In this document: positions 58,414-64,000 of the stretch, one piece after another
Numbering within the stretch: the first letter of the stretch is position 1
Layout: every line of letters starts with the position of its first letter
NCBI GenBank assembly: GCA_014584605.1
Contig: JACTMO010000053.1
Coordinates: 25,792-89,791 of the forward strand
Direction of reading: 5' to 3'
Length of the DNA: 64,000 bases
Source: Bacteroidota bacterium
GTDB taxonomy: Bacteria; Bacteroidota; Bacteroidia; Flavobacteriales_F; PHOS-HE28
Made by a program: the position numbers and the translations under genes
Notes under the pieces: model-generated
What the model saw: the letters and a program-made list of their open reading frames with translations, nothing else
Databases searched by the model: none
Told to the model about the DNA's origin: nothing

Positions 58414-61400
58414 ATGTGCCGTTCCGCATACCACCGCACGATCCTGGTGTTCGTGCTGCTCCTGGTCGGCACGGCGCGGGAGGTGGTGGCGCAATGCACC
58501 GTGACGATCAACAATCCGGTCGCTTCACCTTGCCTGGGCGACACGCTTGCCCTTTCGGCAACGGCGAACGGCCAGACCGGACCGTTCATCTTCGCCTGGA
58601 CGGTGACCGCGGGATCCGGGGTGTTCTCCTCCACGACCACGTCCAACACGCTCTTCAGTCCGTCGACCTCGGGCACGGTGACCGTGCAGGTGAGCGTGAC
58701 GGACACCAACGGAACGGTCTGCGCCACGGACCTTAACAGTTGGAGCGTGACGAATGCCTCGGTGGCGTCGCTGACCTGTACGAACGCACCATCGGTGACC
58801 TTCGATGGCCTGACGACATTCAGGAACTGTACGCCACAGAACCAGTTCCTGTTCAATTTCCAGGAGAACGGGTCCATCCTGGGCAACGCGCAGGTGACCA
58901 TCGACTGGGGCGATGCGAGCCCGGTGTTCACCTCGACCGGGGCTTGGCCGCCACAGGGGCACCTGTATTCGCCTCCGGGTCTGTACACCATCACCTACAC
59001 GGTGGATGATGGTGTGTGCGAGGACACGCAATTCTACAACGTGTTCCTGGGGGTGAATCCTGGCGCCCAGTTCGGCCGGCCGAACAACGCGCCGGTCTGT
59101 GACGGGGCCACGGTGGACTTTCTGATCACGCCGGACGCCACGAACGTGCCGGGCACCACGTACACGGTGTACTATGGTGATGGGTCGAGCGCGGTGTTCA
59201 CCCACCCGCCACCCGCTACGGTGAGCCACACCTACACGGCCAGTTCGTGCACGGGCGGGCCTTACACGGTGACCTGCGGCGGCAGTCAGTTCCCGGTGGT
59301 GCCCGCGGCGAACACCTTCACGGCCTGCTTGTGCGTGGAGAACCCCTGCGGCGGTTTTCCTCCGACGGCGCCGAACATCATTGTGCACGAGGCGGCCAAT
59401 GCCGGCTTCAATGCGCCGACGACGGCCTGCACCACGACCGGGGTGGCCTTCAGCAGCACCAGCACCGGCGGGGTGATCGGGGCACCGTGCGGCACGCCCT
59501 ACCACACCTGGTCGATCAGCGGCCCCGGCGCCTACAACCTGCAGGCGGGGAACCCGGGACCGTTCGGGTCGACTGGCCTCACCGTGCAGTTCCCCGTGCC
59601 CGGTGTGTACACCGTTTCCTTGACGGCCGAGGGGGAGATCTGCCCGGCGGACACGTACGATCAGCAGATCTGCATCGAGCCGCCCCTGGTGCCCACCTTC
59701 GACACCACGCAGGTGGGGCTGTGCAATCCGGTGACGGTGGCCTTGCAGAACACCACGGACCTGACGGACAACTGCAGTGTGCAGTGGGACTGGGTGGTGA
59801 GCGGTTCGGGCTTCTGCGGCGCCACGGCCGCCTGGCAATGGACCAACGGCAACGCCACGAGCGCATCGCCGAGCATCCAGTTCACCGCGCCGGGCACCTA
59901 CACCATCCGGCTGCGCGCCCTCAATAGCTGCGGCTGGCAGCAGAGCGCGCCGGTCACCGTGACGGTGTTCGATGACCCGCAGATCCAGATGGGCGCCGCG
60001 CTCTCGCTCTGCGAAGGGGACGGGGCCAACCCCACGGCCACCTACACTACTTGCGGCACACCGATCACCAGCTACCTGTGGAACATGCCGTCGGCCACGC
60101 CCTCGAGCTCCAACCTTCCGCTCCCCGGTCCGGTGACGATCAACTCAAGTGGAACTATCTCCGTCACCGTGACGAGCGTGTGTGGATCGGTGACGGCCAG
60201 CAACCCGGTCGTCGCTAACCCGGACCCACCGGCGAGCACGGTGCCGCCCGGGCCGATCTCCATCTGCCAGGGACAGCCGCTCACCCTCGGCGCCACGAAT
60301 GTGCCTGGTGCCACCTTCGTGTGGACCTCTCCCTTGGGCGTCACCTATGCCATGGATACGGTGGTGATCCCGGCCGCAGGACCGGCAGAGGACGGGCTGT
60401 GGACCGTGGTCGCGTTCCTGGGTGTGTGCGAGGGGCCGCCCGCCACAGTCGACGTGAGCATCATCCTGGCACCCGTGCTCGGCGTGGTGGCGAACCCATC
60501 GTCGATCTGCGTGGGTGACAGCAGCACGTTGGTCGCGGTGAACGCCACCAGCTACGCGTGGACCATCGGCACCACGCCCGTGGGTACGGGCAGCACCTTG
60601 GTGGTGGCGCCGACAAGCACCACCACGTACACCGTGGAAGGCGATGTGGGCGGCTGCATCAGTGAACTGGATGTCACCGTCACCGTGAACCCGCTGCCTG
60701 TCGTGAACGCCGGTCCGGACCTGAGCCTCTGCGACCAGCCCATCCCCGAACTGCTGCAACCGGTGACCGCTGGCGGTACATGGGGCGCACCCGTGGTGGG
60801 CGGCCAATACACGCCCAACGGGCAGGGCGTGTTCGAGGTGGCTTACGACTACACGGATGCCAACGGCTGCTTCAACAGCGACACCATCACCATCACCGTC
60901 GGTCCGCCCCCCGCGCCGGTCACCGCCGGTCCGGACACGCTGATCTGCCTCAACAGCGGCACCGTGCAACTGGTGGCCGACCAACCTGGCGGAACATGGA
61001 GCAACAGCGTGTGGGTGAACGGTGCGGGCGAGTTCACCCCGGGAGCGGTGTCCACGGAACTTGTGGTGTACACAGTGGGCGCCGGTACCTGCGCGGTGGA
61101 CGATACGGTGCAGGTGCAGGTGGTGCCGGGCGCCACGGTGGAAGCAGGACCGAACGACCAGCTGTGCGTGAACGACCAGGCGCTGCAGCTGGTTCCGAAT
61201 CCGCTGGGCGGCAGCTGGAGCGGCAACGGCGTCAGCATCACCGGCCTCTTCGACCCCGCGCAGGCCGTGATCGGGCCCAACGTGCTCACCTACACCTACC
61301 CGGACCCGAACGGCTGCATTGTGGTCGACCAGCTCACCATCCAGGTGGATCCGCTGCCTGTGCTCACCGTCACGAGCGACACCACCTTCTGCGTGTCGCC

Positions 61401-64000
61401 CATCGCGCAGCAGATCACGCATGCCCCGACGGGCGGTACGTGGAGCGGCCCGAACGTGGATCCTGTGAGCGGCCAATACACGCCGGTGGCCACCACGCCG
61501 ATCGGTTCGCCGGACGTGCTGGTGTACACCTACACCGACGGCAATGGCTGCACGAACACCGCCTCCGTGCAGGTGACGGTGATCGACCCGCCCTTCGTGG
61601 CCTTCGCGGGCAACGACACGGCGGCCTGTGTGGGCGATGCACCGTTCAACCTGCAGGGAGCTCCCGCCGGCGGCACGTGGTCGGGCATCTGGGTGAACGG
61701 GGGTGCCTTTGACCCGGCGTTGGTGGGCACCTGGACGCTCACCTACTCGGTTGGCTCGGCCTCCTGCGAAACACAGGACCAGGTGGACATCACCGTGGAC
61801 CCGCTGCCGCCCAGCTTCGCCGGCGCACCGCTCACCGTGTGCGTGTACGATCCCGTGCAGACGCTGCAAGGCACGCCCGCCGGCGGCGCGTGGGACCGGC
61901 CGAACACCTTCGATCCGGACACGATGCAGCTTGGCCCCACCACCTTCTGCTACACCTACACCGACCCGATCACCGAGTGCGACAGCACGCACTGCACCAC
62001 CGTCACCGTGGAGCCCATTCCCGCAGCGGACTTCAGCCTGCCCGACAGCGCGTGCGTGAACACGCCGGTGAACTTCACCAACATCACCGCCTGCGGCTGC
62101 ACCTGGACCTGGGACTTCGGCGACCTCAGCCTACCCAGCACGCAGCAGGACCCGCAGCACACGTATGGGGCCACCGGCACGTACACCGTGCAGCTGGTGG
62201 CCACCTCCGGTGCCGGATGCAGCGACACCATCACGCACGCCCTGGTGATCACCGAGGCGCCCACCGCGCAACTCACCTGGACCGTGGCCGACAGCTGCGG
62301 GGACGGCCTGGTGCTGGTGACCAACGACCTGGTGATGGCCAACACCACGCACACCTGGTGGGTGAACGGAACGGTCGTGAGCAACGCGGTGCAGCCCGGC
62401 ACCTTCGCCCTGCAGGGCCCGGTGCTGGCCGACACGCTGTACACCCTGGTGTATGAACAGGCCAACTTCTGCGGCGCGGACCGCGATACGCTCCTGGTGA
62501 CGCTCTACCCGCTTCCGGTGGCCTCCTTCGGCACCGACCAGTTGATCTATTGCCTGGCGGACACGGTCTTCATCGGCAACGACAGCTACGGGATGGTGGA
62601 TTCGGCCTTCTGGCAGCTCGGCGACGGCACCGTCAGCACCAACGGCTCGCCCACCTGGTACCACCAGTACGTGCAGGACAGCACATGGACGATCACCCTC
62701 GAGGTGTACAACGAATGCGGAGCGGACACCGCGAGCTGGAGCGTGACCGTGCTGCCCAACCAGGTGACGGCCTTCTTCAGCACCGACACGGTGATCGGCT
62801 GTGCGCCCCTTACCAGCACTTTCACCAATTTCAGCGTGGGCGACACGGCGAGCATCTGGTACTTCGGCGACTCGTTGAACACCACGAGCATCAGCACGAA
62901 CACCGGCTTCACCTACACCGACCCCGGCACCTACACCGTGCAGCTGGTGGCCCTGGGCTGCGGGGTGGACACGGCCACGCAGGTGATCGAGGTGCTGGCC
63001 CTCCCAGTGGTGGACGCGCTGAGCGACCCCTCCGTGTGCCTGGGCGATGCGGTGAGCTTCAGCGCGAGCGGCGCAGGCCTCGTGGGCCTGCTGTGGTCCT
63101 TCGGCGACGGCAGCTTCGACTCCATCCCCAACCCCACACACACCTATGCGAACGCCGGCATCTATGACGTGATCCTCACGGTGGTGAGCAACATGACGTT
63201 GTGCCCTTCGGCGGACACGGTCCAGGTGGAGGTGGTGGAGGCGCCGGTGCTTTCCCTGAGCGCCGCGGACACGGTGTTCTGCGTGCCCTTCGACCTGGCC
63301 CTGAGCGCCGCCGGCACCACGGGCAGCAACCTCGCCTACGTGTGGACCCTGGGCGGAGACACGGTGTCGTACAGCCCGAACCCGTTGCCGCAATCGATCC
63401 CCGACCCGGGCAGCTACGTGCTCGCGCTCACCGTGGAGGACCTCCTCACCGGCTGCACCGACAGCACCGGCTTCACGGTGGTGGGCCTGGAGACGCCGGT
63501 GAGCGGCCTGCTGCTGGACCCTTACGACCCCTGTGGCGACCCCGCCCAGCTGGTGGCCACCAGCACCGCCACACCGCCGCAGGCCACGCTCGCCTGGAAC
63601 ATCAACGGGCAGCTCGTGGGGCAGGGGCCCGTGCTCGCCACCGCCTACAGCACGCCCGGCACACACACCCTGGCGCTGATCGCCGAGCTGCCCGGTCCCT
63701 GCGCGGACACGGCCACCACGACCTTCACGCTGCTGGAGCGCCCGCTGGCCGGCTTCGACACGGGCCCCGCCTGCCTGGGGCAGGCCATCCCGATCACGGA
63801 CAGCAGCAGCAATGCGGTGGCCTGGTGGTGGTACCTCAACGGGGCCTTCGTGGGCAATGACCCCGGCGGCAGTGGCATCGTGCCCTCCTATCTGGGTAAC
63901 GACACCATCGCCCTGGCGGTGACCAGCCCTGACGGCTGTCGGGACAGCACCTGGGTGGTGGTGGACGTGAACGACCCGCCCCTGGCCGAGCTGCTGGCCG
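58414..64000 (+). CDS. Large PKD/Ig-repeat surface protein (runs off the right edge)
   Basis: Not in the ORF track. Open frame from ATG 58414 with a signal peptide, then many WDFGD/WSFGDG...HTY...GxYxVxL and GGxWSG...YTYTDxNGC repeats; probable T9SS cargo. Confidence 0.9.
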   Translation, partial: MCRSAYHRTILVFVLLLVGTAREVVAQCTVTINNPVASPCLGDTLALSATANGQTGPFIFAWTVTAGSGVFSSTTTSNTLFSPSTSGTVTVQVSVTDTNGTVCATDLNSWSVTNASVASLTCTNAPSVTFDGLTTFRNCTPQNQFLFNFQENGSILGNAQVTIDWGDASPVFTSTGAWPPQGHLYSPPGLYTITYTVDDGVCEDTQFYNVFLGVNPGAQFGRPNNAPVCDGATVDFLITPDATNVPGTTYTVYYGDGSSAVFTHPPPATVSHTYTASSCTGGPYTVTCGGSQFPVVPAANTFTACLCVENPCGGFPPTAPNIIVHEAANAGFNAPTTACTTTGVAFSSTSTGGVIGAPCGTPYHTWSISGPGAYNLQAGNPGPFGSTGLTVQFPVPGVYTVSLTAEGEICPADTYDQQICIEPPLVPTFDTTQVGLCNPVTVALQNTTDLTDNCSVQWDWVVSGSGFCGATAAWQWTNGNATSASPSIQFTAPGTYTIRLRALNSCGWQQSAPVTVTVFDDPQIQMGAALSLCEGDGANPTATYTTCGTPITSYLWNMPSATPSSSNLPLPGPVTINSSGTISVTVTSVCGSVTASNPVVANPDPPASTVPPGPISICQGQPLTLGATNVPGATFVWTSPLGVTYAMDTVVIPAAGPAEDGLWTVVAFLGVCEGPPATVDVSIILAPVLGVVANPSSICVGDSSTLVAVNATSYAWTIGTTPVGTGSTLVVAPTSTTTYTVEGDVGGCISELDVTVTVNPLPVVNAGPDLSLCDQPIPELLQPVTAGGTWGAPVVGGQYTPNGQGVFEVAYDYTDANGCFNSDTITITVGPPPAPVTAGPDTLICLNSGTVQLVADQPGGTWSNSVWVNGAGEFTPGAVSTELVVYTVGAGTCAVDDTVQVQVVPGATVEAGPNDQLCVNDQALQLVPNPLGGSWSGNGVSITGLFDPAQAVIGPNVLTYTYPDPNGCIVVDQLTIQVDPLPVLTVTSDTTFCVSPIAQQITHAPTGGTWSGPNVDPVSGQYTPVATTPIGSPDVLVYTYTDGNGCTNTASVQVTVIDPPFVAFAGNDTAACVGDAPFNLQGAPAGGTWSGIWVNGGAFDPALVGTWTLTYSVGSASCETQDQVDITVDPLPPSFAGAPLTVCVYDPVQTLQGTPAGGAWDRPNTFDPDTMQLGPTTFCYTYTDPITECDSTHCTTVTVEPIPAADFSLPDSACVNTPVNFTNITACGCTWTWDFGDLSLPSTQQDPQHTYGATGTYTVQLVATSGAGCSDTITHALVITEAPTAQLTWTVADSCGDGLVLVTNDLVMANTTHTWWVNGTVVSNAVQPGTFALQGPVLADTLYTLVYEQANFCGADRDTLLVTLYPLPVASFGTDQLIYCLADTVFIGNDSYGMVDSAFWQLGDGTVSTNGSPTWYHQYVQDSTWTITLEVYNECGADTASWSVTVLPNQVTAFFSTDTVIGCAPLTSTFTNFSVGDTASIWYFGDSLNTTSISTNTGFTYTDPGTYTVQLVALGCGVDTATQVIEVLALPVVDALSDPSVCLGDAVSFSASGAGLVGLLWSFGDGSFDSIPNPTHTYANAGIYDVILTVVSNMTLCPSADTVQVEVVEAPVLSLSAADTVFCVPFDLALSAAGTTGSNLAYVWTLGGDTVSYSPNPLPQSIPDPGSYVLALTVEDLLTGCTDSTGFTVVGLETPVSGLLLDPYDPCGDPAQLVATSTATPPQATLAWNINGQLVGQGPVLATAYSTPGTHTLALIAELPGPCADTATTTFTLLERPLAGFDTGPACLGQAIPITDSSSNAVAWWWYLNGAFVGNDPGGSGIVPSYLGNDTIALAVTSPDGCRDSTWVVVDVNDPPLAELLA

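Overview
High-GC Bacteroidota chromosomal DNA, most consistent with a Flavobacteriales-like genome: TAnnTTTG-type -7 promoters just upstream of starts, T9SS cargo, and the prs-rplY-pth and mnmG-methyltransferase gene orders. The window appears to span the replication origin. A DnaA-box/AT-rich intergenic region lies at ~12.93-13.33 kb, and three perfect parS palindromes lie in and around mnmG. Housekeeping genes (ftnA, pth, rplY, prs, rnr, rpiB, mnmG, ade, acyl-CoA carboxylase, yebC, lepA) are interspersed with accessory loci. The main unexplained structures are: (1) a DUF559 endonuclease gene embedded in an array of inverted, hairpin-in-hairpin REP-like arms, with a compensatory base change and a remote copy 29 kb away; (2) a three-gene module of an OM beta-barrel, a 2080-aa TANFOR-like protein and an FN3 protein, with no recognisable T9SS signal; (3) an ECF sigma/anti-sigma locus with three matching TGTAAC-N16/17-CGTC promoters and a G7 frameshift in the sigma gene; (4) an Rhs toxin fragment, truncated at both ends, wedged between a promoter and tauE. 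No tRNA, rRNA, CRISPR array or classical transposase was seen. All calls are by eye from sequence and motif recognition; no database search was run.
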